Positions 9,567-19,689 of a stretch of 64,000 nt of DNA are shown here, piece by piece. This DNA is from a virus. Numbering within the stretch: the first letter of the stretch is position 1; each line of letters begins with the position of its first letter. A program made the translations under genes and the position numbers. Below the pieces are notes generated by a model, which was not told the origin of the DNA, ran no database searches, and saw nothing but the letters and a program-made list of their open reading frames with translations. The stretch lies in IMG/VR virus record IMGVR_UViG_3300027733_000033. One strand, written 5' to 3'.

Positions 9567-10091
9567 TTAAATCTCAGTTAAGTAAAAAGCAAACGCGCCG
9601 TCTTTAACACGTTTTGCCGACCGATTTTTCTTCACGAAATCAATGACCCATGCTTTATCATCATCTACTCTAGAAGCAGACCACCATTCACCAATACCGA
9701 ATGAATCTTTAGCCTGCATATAAACCTTTGAAATAATATCTTTATCAGGTAACACGTTACCGGTAGAATCTGCCCAGTCATAAGCCGTTTGCCAATTTAG
9801 TAAGCCGTTAGAAACGGTCACACCAAATAGTTTATCGTCTAATCTGATTTGAAATTTATGGCTTGGAATTTCAACGACTTCAGGCGTTTCAGATACAACT
9901 GGTTCTTCAATAACAACTTCTTCTACAACAATTTGTTCCGGTTCAATAGTTTCAACTTGAACCTCTTCAACAACAACTTCTTCAACCGGTGCTACCGTTT
10001 CTGTTGCTGGTGTTGTAATTTCAACTGCATCATCAACAGTAGTAATATCAACGATTGCGTTTTGTACACTTTTTTTAGATGGTCTTTTCAT
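9567..10091 (-). CDS. Acidic low-complexity N-terminus plus DUF1566/Lcl-type C-terminal domain
   Basis: LNWQTAYDWA...LPDKD...WWSAS...AWVIDF. Confidence 0.6.
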   Translation of the reverse strand: MKRPSKKSVQNAIVDITTVDDAVEITTPATETVAPVEEVVVEEVQVETIEPEQIVVEEVVIEEPVVSETPEVVEIPSHKFQIRLDDKLFGVTVSNGLLNWQTAYDWADSTGNVLPDKDIISKVYMQAKDSFGIGEWWSASRVDDDKAWVIDFVKKNRSAKRVKDGAFAFYLTEI

Positions 10092-10194
10092 TTTGTTTCC
10101 TTTTTAACGTAATTCAATTTTATATAGGCAATTATAAACTATAATATGTCAAAAGTAAAGTAAAAAAGCCAGCTTATTAGGCTGGCTTTATCAA

Positions 10195-10701
10195 TTAAAT
10201 GGATTTGTACACCCTGTAATTTATTTCATTAAGACTTGCCATATGCGAGAAGTTGAGTTTTAATTTTTCAGCCACCCTAACAGATGCTATATTTTTCTCA
10301 TCAACATGGTAAAATATTTTCGGATAAAGTTTAAGAAACTCTCTACAAGCTTTATAGCCTATTCCGTTATTTCGATATTTATCTAGTATAACAATAGAAC
10401 CTATCTTATACCAATTATCCCCGTCTAGTTTAAAGGTTTCTTTTTCAGAATCAATAAATGATTTTTTGGGAAAACTTAACCCTACAGGAATTCCATCTTG
10501 ATAAATAACCATCATTTTCATTTCATGCGAATTAATTCTTCTATTTAATAATGTAGATTGTAATTTGTATTCCAATACATTATCTGGAATATATCTTATT
10601 CTATCGAACCAATCCCTACCGGTAAACTCTGACTCAAACATACTTCTATAAATCGGTAAAAATCGTGAATCGTAATCATATGTAAACTCAATTGTTACCA
10701 T
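10195..10701 (-). CDS. GNAT-family acetyltransferase
   Basis: YRNNGIG acetyl-CoA motif A and NIASVRVAEKL; GAGG RBS before ATG 10701. Confidence 0.75.
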   Translation of the reverse strand: MVTIEFTYDYDSRFLPIYRSMFESEFTGRDWFDRIRYIPDNVLEYKLQSTLLNRRINSHEMKMMVIYQDGIPVGLSFPKKSFIDSEKETFKLDGDNWYKIGSIVILDKYRNNGIGYKACREFLKLYPKIFYHVDEKNIASVRVAEKLKLNFSHMASLNEINYRVYKSI

Positions 10702-10726
10702 ATACACCTCGTGTAGATTATGAATC

Positions 10727-11152
10727 CTACAATTTGATATGTGATTTAGATATTCGACATTGAATTTGCCCGTTATACCATAAATCAGGATGCTCAAGTA
10801 CCTCATGTTGAAATTGCAACTTTGCTTCAAGGTAACTCATCATTCCTTTTGTTTTAATCAAATGTAGGATTTCCCTTTTAAAATTATCTTTCCCTAACAG
10901 TTCAACATCATTTTTCAATTCTATAGAACTGGAATAATAATCTTTCCAATCTGATTCACTGGTTTTTTTGACTCTTTTCTTTTTCTTTTCGCCACTTTTT
11001 AGGGTGACAGTTTTCATAGATGAAGTAAAAGAGTAAAATTGTTTTTTCCCGATATAGCGCCGCCCGTTAGTCAAGTTCGTTATCAAATATACGAATCCAA
11101 TTGCATCGCCGATGTTTTCAGAAATGAATTCCTTTTCATTGTAATGCCACAT
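10727..11152 (-). CDS. GIY-YIG family nuclease
   Basis: GFVYLITN...RYIGKK...YYSS...REIL...E...WYN. Confidence 0.85.
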   Translation of the reverse strand: MWHYNEKEFISENIGDAIGFVYLITNLTNGRRYIGKKQFYSFTSSMKTVTLKSGEKKKKRVKKTSESDWKDYYSSSIELKNDVELLGKDNFKREILHLIKTKGMMSYLEAKLQFQHEVLEHPDLWYNGQIQCRISKSHIKL

Positions 11153-11257
11153 AATATATTATCTCCTCAAATAATATATTTAGTGGTGCTGAATTTTTGG
11201 TGTAAAAAAAGCCGGCTATTAAAACCGGCTACATTATCTAATTTTATTGATTATCTT

Positions 11258-11621
11258 TTAAAAGATTTGACCTGCAGTAAAAAAATTCCCGTTAAAACTT
11301 GAATTCAAATTTTTAACAAAAGATTTTTCGTCTTTAGATTTACTGCGAGCATCATTAATTTTTTAAGTATAAAATCATTTTCAACTTGTGTGCCGCCTCC
11401 TAACTTATGAACGGCAACCTTATCTTTGTCGTCAAGCATCCAACGCATATTACTTAAAGATTCAGCAGCACCTTTAGATCTTAAATTTGCTTTACCGCCC
11501 GTGTGCGATGTGATTTGCATAGGGTTTTCATTGTGTCTTTAAAATTAGCAAAAAATGCTTCTGTTGCTTCATTCAATACAGATTCCATAACTGCGTTTTT
11601 AAACTGTTCAAATCCTGACAT
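11258..11621 (-). pseudogene. Capsid-targeted protein broken by two single-base deletions (or assembly errors)
   Basis: MSGFEQFKNAVMESVLNEA continues into MQITSHTGG... after one missing A near 11531, and into INDARSKSKDEK... after another near 11360. The repaired product is about 121 aa. Confidence 0.6.
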
Positions 11622-11632
11622 TTGTGTATTTC

Positions 11633-12381
11633 CTATTGTTTAATTGCTCTAACTCTGTAATTGTTACCTTTATCCGATCTATCATTTTTATCGCCGTTTC
11701 CAAAATCTAAATAACAAGAACTGAAAGCGTCGCGACCTTTATCGCTTGCCCAATATTGATGTCCCGCAAAATCATTGTCAGACAAATAAATTTGATCTAA
11801 CTCATCCATTGTGGGTAATCTCCAACCCTTTCCTAATGATTCTGCGTATTGAACTGCATCATTCCAATTTAAAGATTTTTCTGTAGAAGCTGCAGCAATT
11901 TTAAATTTAGGTTTAAGCGCTTTTTTTGCGTCTGTAACAAATTTTTCAAGTAAACCTACTTCAGTTGGGAAAGTGTACCAGTTTCAATTTTTGAAACCAA
12001 ATTTTGAATATATTTTTCTGATGGGCGCGACAAAAACGCAGATTCATTTAATTGAAATTCTGTATTTAATGCTGATTCCATAACAGACATTTTAAAGTCT
12101 CCAAATCCTAATCTTTCGTAACCTTCTTCAAGAGCTTTTTTATCTTTTGAATTCATATCCCAATAATAGTCAACTTGTTTAGAATTAAATTTTGCGTATA
12201 TTAATCTAGTTATAATAGCTTCTTTTCCACCAGCTTCTGCCATAGTTTTTGCTGTGGCTTGTACTCTGCTCATAGAGTTATTATTACGCAATAAAGTTTC
12301 AGTATCAGCCTTTTTCCAAGACTTATATGCTTTATGGATTTGTTTCAATTCTATCATATCTGGTGTAAATTCTTTAACCAT
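11633..12381 (-). pseudogene. Protein with C-terminal DUF1566/Lcl domain, frameshifted near 11966
   Basis: The -1 frame after TLS reads (P)TEVGLLEKF...LNWNDAVQYAESLGKGWRLPTMDEL...YWASD...LDFGNG...YRVRAIKQ*. The span is 749 nt, one base short of a whole number of codons. Confidence 0.75.
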
Positions 12382-12490
12382 TTTGTGTTCCTTTTTAAAA
12401 TATAATAATACTTATTTAGTTAAAATCATTATACTATAAATTCTACCAAAAGTAAAGGGGCAAACTAATAAAAGTTCACCCCTTTTTTGA

Positions 12491-12664
12491 TTATGGCTTA
12501 GTCATATGCGCAACCCTATTTCGAATTTTATTCTTATCTTTAGGTCGTTGGCTCTTATCATATAGAGCGGCAAGTTGTGTTAGATTTAATAACTTAAGAC
12601 GAGGTTTCCCGTTTTTAGTTAATAATGGATTCGCTTTTCTGCTACCTTTGCTTACTGCTGCCAT
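12491..12664 (-). CDS. Small basic protein (not in ORF track)
   Basis: MAAVSKGSRKANPLLTKNGKPRL...; AGGAG RBS. Confidence 0.65.
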   Translation of the reverse strand: MAAVSKGSRKANPLLTKNGKPRLKLLNLTQLAALYDKSQRPKDKNKIRNRVAHMTKP

Positions 12665-12683
12665 AATGTACTCCTAATGTTAA

Positions 12684-12836
12684 TTAATCTTCAAATTCAA
12701 AATCATCATCGTCTTGTAATAACGGCGACCCGCATACGGGACAAATCGCTATGTCGTTTAACGTTATTTCTTTTGTTTTAATACTTATTTTTCCGCTTGA
12801 CTCGCAATGGTCACAGTCGAACTGTTTTGTTGTCAT
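12684..12836 (-). CDS. Small zinc-ribbon protein (not in ORF track)
   Basis: MTTKQFDCDHC...ICPVCGS with acidic tail; AGGA RBS. Confidence 0.7.
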   Translation of the reverse strand: MTTKQFDCDHCESSGKISIKTKEITLNDIAICPVCGSPLLQDDDDFEFED

Positions 12837-12862
12837 CTAAATTCCTTTTTGTTTATTTACTA

Positions 12863-14572
12863 TTAACCATGGCAAGCCAAACAAGCTTCTTTACTTGCAG
12901 AATTTACGCCGGTTTCACTTCTGATATAATATAAAGATTTAATGTATGGATCTTTGAATGCTAATTTGTGGACTTCACTAATATAACGTTCGTCTTCATC
13001 AGCCGAAAAGAATAAATTGATACTTTGGGCTTGGTCAATATACCGCTGACGCGCTGATGCCAATCTAATAATTTGTGTTTGATTAATCTCAAACGCCGTT
13101 TTAAACACTGCTTTCTCTTCATCGCTTAACCAATCAACTTGCTGAACTGAGCCGCTATGTGCGATAATATCTTTTACAGTTTCTTCAGAATACACATTGC
13201 GTTCTTTCATCACCCGTAATAATGAAGGATTAACTCTATCAATTTTACCCGCCGCCGTGTTTTGGACATAAGCGTTTTTGTATATAGGCTCGATGCCCTG
13301 AGATACAGCGCCGCAAATTAATGCCGAACTCAAATTAGGCGCTACCGCTAATCTATGAGTATTTCGCACACCATAACCTACGCACCATTCTGGTTCACCA
13401 AATACTTTAGCCATCCATTGTGTTGCGGCTAAGGATTCTTCGTCAAGATGTTTAAAGATTTCTATATTTTTATAATAAGCATCCATAGACTCAAAGGCAA
13501 TCATATTATCTTGTAGATAAGTATGGAACCCTAATAAGCCTAAACCAAGTGCCCGACTTTTTTCAGCAAAAGCCACTACCTTTTCCATTCCCTGTATGGT
13601 TTTACCGATTCGAATTAAATCTTGGTTAACGCAGTCAAGGAAAACAGTTGCGTCAAATACAGCCGATGTGTTTTTCCACTCATCGTATTTAGCCGCATTC
13701 ATCGATGATAAAACACAAGAATATGTAATATCTTTATCTGAGAATAATGTAATTTCAGTACAAAGTTGAGATGCCTTTACGGTTAACCCCTTATCTTTAT
13801 ACATTTGAGGATTTTGTCTATTTGTCTTATCAACAAAAAAGAAATAACCCTTACCAGAAATCATTTTAAGTTTAAGCGCCTTTTGGTAGCGGTCAAGCGC
13901 ATCTTTATCGCCAGCATCTAGTCTTTCAATAAAGGCATCAGAAACTATCCAACCAATATTTGCATCATCTGGGTTTTTGCTAATGTAGTTGACTAATTCG
14001 AAAAAATCATCATGATCAATCTCAATATATCCTGCCCACGCGCCACGGCGCTGGCTACCTTGGGATATATCTCGTGAAACTTGAACGAAATCTTTAAAAA
14101 CAGGCAATACACCAGATGCGCTCCCTTTCATTCCATTAATCTTTGACCCTCTCGGGCGAATATCACCAAGATAACTTGATGTACCAAACCCATTTTTGGA
14201 TAATATGGCAACTTCTTTTTGTGAATTGTAAAAGTCGTAAACAGAATCTTCTACATAGTTACCGCTACAACTCACAGGGCAACCAAAATCCATACCCATA
14301 TTAGATAAGACCGGCGTTGACGCTGCTAACCAACCTTTCCAAAATAAGTTAAAGAATTTTGTTTCCCACTCATCAGGAGATGAAGTATATTTAGCCGCGT
14401 GTTTTGCTATTCTGGTATAAACACTTTGTAAATCAGGGTAATCTTTAGAAAGATAATTTTCTTTAAGCATCTGCCAAGAAGCAGTTGTTACCCAATCTGG
14501 TAATTTACCTTGTTCCTGCAACAGTTTGCGTTCTTCGCCTAATTGTTCATAAATTGAAATATCTTTTACCAT
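12863..14572 (-). CDS. nrdA: Ribonucleotide reductase class Ia alpha subunit (short, no ATP cone)
   Basis: STPVLSN, PVSC, RRGA, SQLCTEI (NxCxE variant), IDQAQSINL, SLYYIR, C-terminal CxxC. Confidence 0.95.
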   Translation of the reverse strand: MVKDISIYEQLGEERKLLQEQGKLPDWVTTASWQMLKENYLSKDYPDLQSVYTRIAKHAAKYTSSPDEWETKFFNLFWKGWLAASTPVLSNMGMDFGCPVSCSGNYVEDSVYDFYNSQKEVAILSKNGFGTSSYLGDIRPRGSKINGMKGSASGVLPVFKDFVQVSRDISQGSQRRGAWAGYIEIDHDDFFELVNYISKNPDDANIGWIVSDAFIERLDAGDKDALDRYQKALKLKMISGKGYFFFVDKTNRQNPQMYKDKGLTVKASQLCTEITLFSDKDITYSCVLSSMNAAKYDEWKNTSAVFDATVFLDCVNQDLIRIGKTIQGMEKVVAFAEKSRALGLGLLGFHTYLQDNMIAFESMDAYYKNIEIFKHLDEESLAATQWMAKVFGEPEWCVGYGVRNTHRLAVAPNLSSALICGAVSQGIEPIYKNAYVQNTAAGKIDRVNPSLLRVMKERNVYSEETVKDIIAHSGSVQQVDWLSDEEKAVFKTAFEINQTQIIRLASARQRYIDQAQSINLFFSADEDERYISEVHKLAFKDPYIKSLYYIRSETGVNSASKEACLACHG

Positions 14573-15558
14573 TCAAATCTCCCTTCTACCCAATTTCTGT
14601 TATAGTCATTACCTTGTGACGAGAAAAAGTCATGTAACACAGATGACTTCAAATCTTTGTAAAACCATTTTTCGATTGGGTTATAACTTGGCTTGAAAAT
14701 AGCCTTATACCCTAAATTCACCAAACAAATATCTAGTCTTGACTCAACAAAATGTTTTAATTGATTATCAGTAATGCCTTTTATGTTACCCTTCTCAAAA
14801 ATCTTATCGATAATGATAGATTCATGCTCAAAAATAACTTTAGTTGTTTCTTCAAGTTCAGAATGTAAACGCTCTAATTCTGATTCAGACATTTGACCAT
14901 CATCAATAGCTTCTTTTAGTAGAGTTCTAAATAACCACGCGCCGGCTTCAGAATGCATCGTTTCATCATTTACTGAAAAATTAATACCGGCGTTAACATT
15001 CACCAACTTGTTTTTTCCTACACTATTAAAATGTTTTAGAAAGGCAAATGACGAATAAAGTATAGCGCCCTCTATCATAGAAAACACACCAATAGATTTT
15101 AGCACATTATAAACAGAATCTTTTTTCTCAGTTCTTGCACCAATCCAAGCCATTCTACTTGCTAGTGTAGGATCTTCTTTATATGAAGAATAAAATTCAT
15201 CAGTATCTAACCCTAATACGTCATTCAATTTTGAATAAAAGGGAGCATGTACGCCTATCTCAAAAAAGCTGAATGTTGTTGCCATTCTTTGAATATCTGG
15301 CCTAGGGAATAGCTTACACACATAATTTTGCCAATAATCATTTCCGACAGATAACTCATAAATTGTAAACAGTTTAAGCGTAGAAATAACACCATGATAT
15401 TCCGCTTCAGTAAATTCTGTTTTTAAACTGTGTAAATCTTTCTCTACTTCAACTTCGTCTGGTAACCAAAATATTTCAGCCTGTTGTTTAGCAAATTCAA
15501 TCGCAGTAGGATAATCCACTGTGTATGTTGATTTTGGTGTTAATAATCTTATTGCCAT
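14566..15558 (-). CDS. nrdB: Ribonucleotide reductase class Ia beta subunit
   Basis: FWLPDE, ExxH motifs (EIGVH, DETMH), EGAILYSSF, HDFF. Confidence 0.95.
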   Translation of the reverse strand: MAIRLLTPKSTYTVDYPTAIEFAKQQAEIFWLPDEVEVEKDLHSLKTEFTEAEYHGVISTLKLFTIYELSVGNDYWQNYVCKLFPRPDIQRMATTFSFFEIGVHAPFYSKLNDVLGLDTDEFYSSYKEDPTLASRMAWIGARTEKKDSVYNVLKSIGVFSMIEGAILYSSFAFLKHFNSVGKNKLVNVNAGINFSVNDETMHSEAGAWLFRTLLKEAIDDGQMSESELERLHSELEETTKVIFEHESIIIDKIFEKGNIKGITDNQLKHFVESRLDICLVNLGYKAIFKPSYNPIEKWFYKDLKSSVLHDFFSSQGNDYNRNWVEGRFEW

Positions 15559-15637
15559 ATCAATCCTATTGTGTTATAATTTCCATATTCATACGGTATA
15601 TTCACCGCATATGTCATTTATATATACCGCCATAATT

Positions 15638-16348
15638 TTACCAGAATTTTAATTTTGAGTAAAAAGAACGTTTCGGTTGCTCAACCGTTAAAACATTTTT
15701 AGATAATTCACGCCATGATACTGGAAATACCTTTTCACATTCAGCGCTAATTAACTCAGCAATTTCTTTACATTCTTGTTGAGCATGTTGGTCTACTCGA
15801 AAATACCTTACTCTATCAAAAAATAACAAACTGCCTGTCCAATAAAACTCTGTCATCATATTTTGAGGAAGAACCATTCTAGCTAATTCAGGAGCAACTC
15901 CATTTTCTAACGCATTTTCATATGTACTCAAAGCATATGCAACTGAAGTTTTAATATGTGAGTCGTCAAAAGGTATTACGCCGCCTGAACCCTGTTTAAT
16001 TGATTTTTTTGGTCTAGCACGCCATTCAGCAGGGATATAAAACTCTGGTGTTGAATCAACGTATCGGCGGCTAATTTCGTTTACAACACCGCCTACCTGA
16101 TGTTTCAAAAGTTGTCTGGCAACAAAAATTGGCACTTTTAATTTAAAAGTTATGGCAGTATGAGCGAAAGGTGTCCAATGTTTATGTGCCGCTAAGTATC
16201 TAATCAATCCTTCATCTTTTGAATCTATATTCGTTTTAAATCTATCATCCTTTGCAGTTGATACCCTAGCAGCATTAACAACAGAAGAATCTGTTCCCAT
16301 GCTAGTAATTAATTCAACCGCCATACCAACATATTTCACATCACTCAT
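15638..16348 (-). CDS. thyX: Flavin-dependent thymidylate synthase
   Basis: HWTPF, PIFVARQLLKH, NEISRRY, ARMVLPQ, HAQQE. Confidence 0.96.
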   Translation of the reverse strand: MSDVKYVGMAVELITSMGTDSSVVNAARVSTAKDDRFKTNIDSKDEGLIRYLAAHKHWTPFAHTAITFKLKVPIFVARQLLKHQVGGVVNEISRRYVDSTPEFYIPAEWRARPKKSIKQGSGGVIPFDDSHIKTSVAYALSTYENALENGVAPELARMVLPQNMMTEFYWTGSLLFFDRVRYFRVDQHAQQECKEIAELISAECEKVFPVSWRELSKNVLTVEQPKRSFYSKLKFW

Positions 16349-16386
16349 TACTTATCCTTTTCAAAATTGGTTCTAATTTAATTTAG

Positions 16387-17385
16387 TTAACATTTTTTCC
16401 ACGAAATAAACCGCATTAATGCTTCAGCGCCGGTAAACGTATTATCAGAAATGACTTGCTGGACATTCACCCCGTTTAACACCATCTCGTTAATATCTTT
16501 TCCAATCACCTTGTCGTCCCACAAACAAATATCAAAACCGGCTTTAATACTTTTCTCAATTAATTTAGTTATCTCAGGACTTCTAGGTTCGTTATCATAA
16601 ACCAACGTGATATTATCTTTATTATCACGGGTGAATTTAGTATCGAACGCAGAGCTACCCATCGCAACACAATTATCAATAAACAACGAATCAATTTGAC
16701 CTTCTACAGCAAATATACGTTTTGAAAAATCTAACCGCTCTATGCCAAAGGTTTTAGGCTCATCAACTAACGAAATATGAGCATATCTCATCTTATTATC
16801 GTCAATCGCCCTACCGGTTAACTGGACAAGTTGTTTATCACGATTGTAACACGGTATGACTAATCTAGGAGAATCACCCTTAGACATTTTGAACTTATTT
16901 GGGATAATTGTATTTATAAACTGGAAAAATGAATCGGAATAATATAGCAAAGGTATCTTATCATCTGGAATTTTGCGTTTCAAACAATAAGATAACGCCG
17001 CCCGTGATTCAGTTACAGGTAGCAGTTTATCCAATAGCGATACAGGTTTAGGTTCAAACTTTGGAGATTCATAAACGAACTCTGGTTTAGCATGTGCAGC
17101 AAATTTATTCGTGTTAGATTTGTATCGTTCAACAACATAATCATCATAATCTAATGGGGAAACCTGCTTTATTAGGTTTCCCAAAGTGGTAGAATGATTA
17201 CAGTTAAAACAGTTAAAAAATAGAGCATTTTCTTTTCTGTATATAAAGCCGCGCGATTTCAATTTATTTCGTTTAGAGTCGCCACAAAAAGGACATCTGA
17301 ATTGATATTTTGAATCAGCTAACTGTTTAAAATTCTCCAATCTAGATGAGATAAGATTGATGAATTTACCATCTATATGCAACAT
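16387..17385 (-). CDS. 61: DNA primase (T4 gp61)
   Basis: RCPFCGDS...CFNC zinc finger; TOPRIM motifs VEGQIDS, YDNEPR, KDINEM. Confidence 0.95.
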   Translation of the reverse strand: MLHIDGKFINLISSRLENFKQLADSKYQFRCPFCGDSKRNKLKSRGFIYRKENALFFNCFNCNHSTTLGNLIKQVSPLDYDDYVVERYKSNTNKFAAHAKPEFVYESPKFEPKPVSLLDKLLPVTESRAALSYCLKRKIPDDKIPLLYYSDSFFQFINTIIPNKFKMSKGDSPRLVIPCYNRDKQLVQLTGRAIDDNKMRYAHISLVDEPKTFGIERLDFSKRIFAVEGQIDSLFIDNCVAMGSSAFDTKFTRDNKDNITLVYDNEPRSPEITKLIEKSIKAGFDICLWDDKVIGKDINEMVLNGVNVQQVISDNTFTGAEALMRFISWKKC

Positions 17386-17390
17386 AGCAC

Positions 17391-17603
17391 CTACCCTTTA
17401 GATTTTGCGAATTCTCTGATTTTTGAAGCTGGTAAATCGTGAATATCATATACACACTTAGGATCTGCTTGGCAAGCTTCAAACCTTTGCATATAGTAAT
17501 TTCCTGGAACATCATCGGTTAATATTACGATAGACAAAATTACGCTAAAGAATAGCAAAATACTTGTGAAAATAAACCATGGACTAGCAAAATAATTATA
17601 CAT
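17391..17603 (-). CDS. Small membrane protein
   Basis: Hydrophobic N-terminal helix. Confidence 0.6.
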   Translation of the reverse strand: MYNYFASPWFIFTSILLFFSVILSIVILTDDVPGNYYMQRFEACQADPKCVYDIHDLPASKIREFAKSKG

Positions 17604-17684
17604 AATGTTTCCTTTTAAAGAGAGTTAATTATACGGCGAATTGAACCTAAAGTAAAGCTTTAATCAATATAGGAATATTTTTAA

Positions 17685-17757
17685 GCGCTTAACCTCAATT
17701 CACGCCCGACTAGGCTATTATACGTGTTTGAGGACATAAAGTAAAGTTTTATTTTTA
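17685..17757 (-). promoter_or_regulatory. Repeated promoter cassette, class 2 (also 42166-42238 and 61065-61135)
   Basis: Minus strand AAAACTTTACTTT-N-CGTATAATAGCCTAGTCGGGCGTGAATTGAGG(T/G)TAAGCG, near-identical in three places. Confidence 0.85.
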
Positions 17758-17824
17758 CGTCAAATTACGTTCTATATTTTTTTGACCCCTTACCTTTACC
17801 CGTTTTTCATCCCTTAATTTTGTT

Positions 17825-17906
17825 ATTTCGTAAGTCATTGATTTATAACGGGTTTATATTTTAAGCATTTTTAATAAAAGCTAATAAAATCAATGACTTA
17901 CGAAAT
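17825..17906. repeat. Perfect 20-bp inverted repeat; each arm matches the IHF consensus
   Basis: ATTTCGTAAGTCATTGATTT ...42 nt... AAATCAATGACTTACGAAAT; AATCAATGACTTA fits WATCAANNNNTTR. Confidence 0.85.
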
Positions 17907-17946
17907 TTTATGTTAAAAATTATATCTTTTATGGAGTATTAGGCAC

Positions 17947-17973
17947 AAAAAACCCAGCGGATTAGGCTGGGTT
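17947..17973 (-). terminator. Intrinsic terminator (same sequence at about 61142-61167)
   Basis: AAAAAACCCAGC-ggattag-GCTGGGT. Confidence 0.85.
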
Positions 17974-18012
17974 GGAGTGTAAACTGCCGTAGCGGTTTAG
18001 ATTATTTTATTT

Positions 18013-18288
18013 TTATTTAGTTTCGTTTGCGCGTCTTGCAGGGACAACATGTTTTTTGGCTTTTCCTACAGCTTTAGCTCTAGTATCTTCAATACCGCTA
18101 TGGATAACAGTTTCACCTTTGCCATATTTAAAACCATGGACTTGCCATTTATGCCCTTCTGGCGTTTTAGTTGTTCGCCAACCAACCGTATCATATTCAC
18201 CCTTTTCGCTTTCTTCAATTAATTCATATTCGATATCAGAAGAAAGGCTTTCTAATACAGTTTGTTTAAATTCTTGAAACCCTAACAT
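18013..18288 (-). CDS. Putative internal head protein (capsid-targeting-like N-terminus)
   Basis: MLGFQEFKQTVLE. Confidence 0.65.
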   Translation of the reverse strand: MLGFQEFKQTVLESLSSDIEYELIEESEKGEYDTVGWRTTKTPEGHKWQVHGFKYGKGETVIHSGIEDTRAKAVGKAKKHVVPARRANETK

Positions 18289-18737
18289 TATTTTTCCTTA
18301 TGGTTATTAATAAATTCTATTACAGCAAGTTCTTCAATGATTAGCTGTTCAGATTGTAAAACAGAGAAGAATTTATCTTCAAGTAAGGCTAAATCCATTT
18401 CTGGGTTATCGTAAGATTCTTTAACCAAAAATAGAGAGGTAGCAAGGTGTCGCATATACCAATCACCCATAGGCAGTTTAGCAATTAATTTTTTAATGTT
18501 AATCACAATTCTATAGAGGTAATTAGTAGCCGCCTTTTCTTCTGCTTTGTTCAATGTATTATAATGTTTCAGGACGTTGCCTTCGCCATCAATAATACCT
18601 AGTTTATATGCATCATATTCTGTAAAGGGTTGAATCAAAAGAGTCAAAACCTTTAGTGCCAGCAAGTTATCTACCAGCGGATTAAGCGTAATATGCTTTT
18701 TATTTATATTTACATCAGAATGTGTAATCGGTGTCAT
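18288..18737 (-). CDS. Conserved T4-like late hypothetical protein
   Basis: PFTEYDAYKLGIIDGEGNVLK motif recurrent in T4-like phages. Confidence 0.7.
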   Translation of the reverse strand: MTPITHSDVNINKKHITLNPLVDNLLALKVLTLLIQPFTEYDAYKLGIIDGEGNVLKHYNTLNKAEEKAATNYLYRIVINIKKLIAKLPMGDWYMRHLATSLFLVKESYDNPEMDLALLEDKFFSVLQSEQLIIEELAVIEFINNHKEK

Positions 18738-19084
18738 TATAATAATCCTTTAAGTTTTTCAACAGTCAGTTTATCCATATTGGATTCGTTATAATTAACT
18801 TTGCCAAGATACGCCAGAACTGTAAATACAATAGAATGATATTTTTTATCTAGTTTGAAAAGCAACAATTCCTGTGTTGCGTCACCAAATAAATTGTATA
18901 GAGTTGTTATGTTATTAACGATTAGCCGTATACAATCATCATCTTTGTATACGAATCTGAATAACAACTTTTTCAACATAACAAATAATGCCAAATCTTT
19001 TTTAAATTCATCAAAAGAATGACACTGCACATTATCGTAATGTGTTATACAAAACAACATAAAATTGTCGTTATTCAGACCCAT
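18737..19084 (-). CDS. Conserved T4-like hypothetical protein
   Basis: NFMLF...HYDN..C...EF..DL...RLIVNNI..LYNLFG. Confidence 0.7.
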   Translation of the reverse strand: MGLNNDNFMLFCITHYDNVQCHSFDEFKKDLALFVMLKKLLFRFVYKDDDCIRLIVNNITTLYNLFGDATQELLLFKLDKKYHSIVFTVLAYLGKVNYNESNMDKLTVEKLKGLL

Positions 19085-19095
19085 AAATTACCTTG

Positions 19096-19677
19096 TTATG
19101 CGACAGTTAATGTAGCAGAACTTGAAGTAACAGCTACAGCATTTGTAGCAGTAATAATAACACGATATTTTTTACCGGTTAAACCAGTTGTGTTAGAAAT
19201 ATTCAATGTTGCAGTTGTTGCCGTAGTATAAACTCCACCATTAGTGATTGAAGTAAACGATTTAGAACCTGCGTTAGCAACTTGCCATTGATAACTAATA
19301 GAGCCGCCGCCTGAAGAGATAGCAGCAGTGACACCAAACGTAGTAGCCGCTGGAGCTGTGACTGAACGGTTAACCGGTGCAGTTGTTACAGATAATACAT
19401 AAGTATCAGCAACTTCGATATTGGTATCGCCAATACGATCACCGGCGGCAACTGCTGTTGCTTTCATTGGGACTAATTGTTCAGCATAATGACGAAGAGT
19501 GCCAGATGAATCTTTACGACTTTCGTATAACCACCATCCTGGTCCGGTAATACCCTTTGCTTTAGTATCTGCGTCAGCTGCTTCAGTATCATCTACAAAA
19601 ATAGCTTTTTTACGATCTTCTTCTGACAAATAAGCTGGAACGCCAGCTTCAGTATCTTCTTTTTTCCATAAACTCAT
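19096..19677 (-). CDS. Virion structural protein with Ig-like domain
   Basis: GITGPGWW N-terminal domain; C-terminal SYQWQ...TATLNI...YRVII...SSSATLTV. Confidence 0.8.
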   Translation of the reverse strand: MSLWKKEDTEAGVPAYLSEEDRKKAIFVDDTEAADADTKAKGITGPGWWLYESRKDSSGTLRHYAEQLVPMKATAVAAGDRIGDTNIEVADTYVLSVTTAPVNRSVTAPAATTFGVTAAISSGGGSISYQWQVANAGSKSFTSITNGGVYTTATTATLNISNTTGLTGKKYRVIITATNAVAVTSSSATLTVA

Positions 19678-19689
19678 TGTTGTTTCCTT

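Noticed and set aside
11956-11958. TAG read-through or stop-codon reassignment
   Set aside because: The downstream domain is in a different frame. Core genes end normally at TAG, TGA and TAA without fragmentation.
9567-11959. Diversity-generating retroelement
   Set aside because: DUF1566-like domains are present, but no reverse transcriptase or adenine-variant template repeat is visible in the window.
11960-11975. Programmed -1 frameshift at TTTCCCA
   Set aside because: The heptamer is out of register with the zero frame and no stimulatory structure is evident; an indel is simpler.
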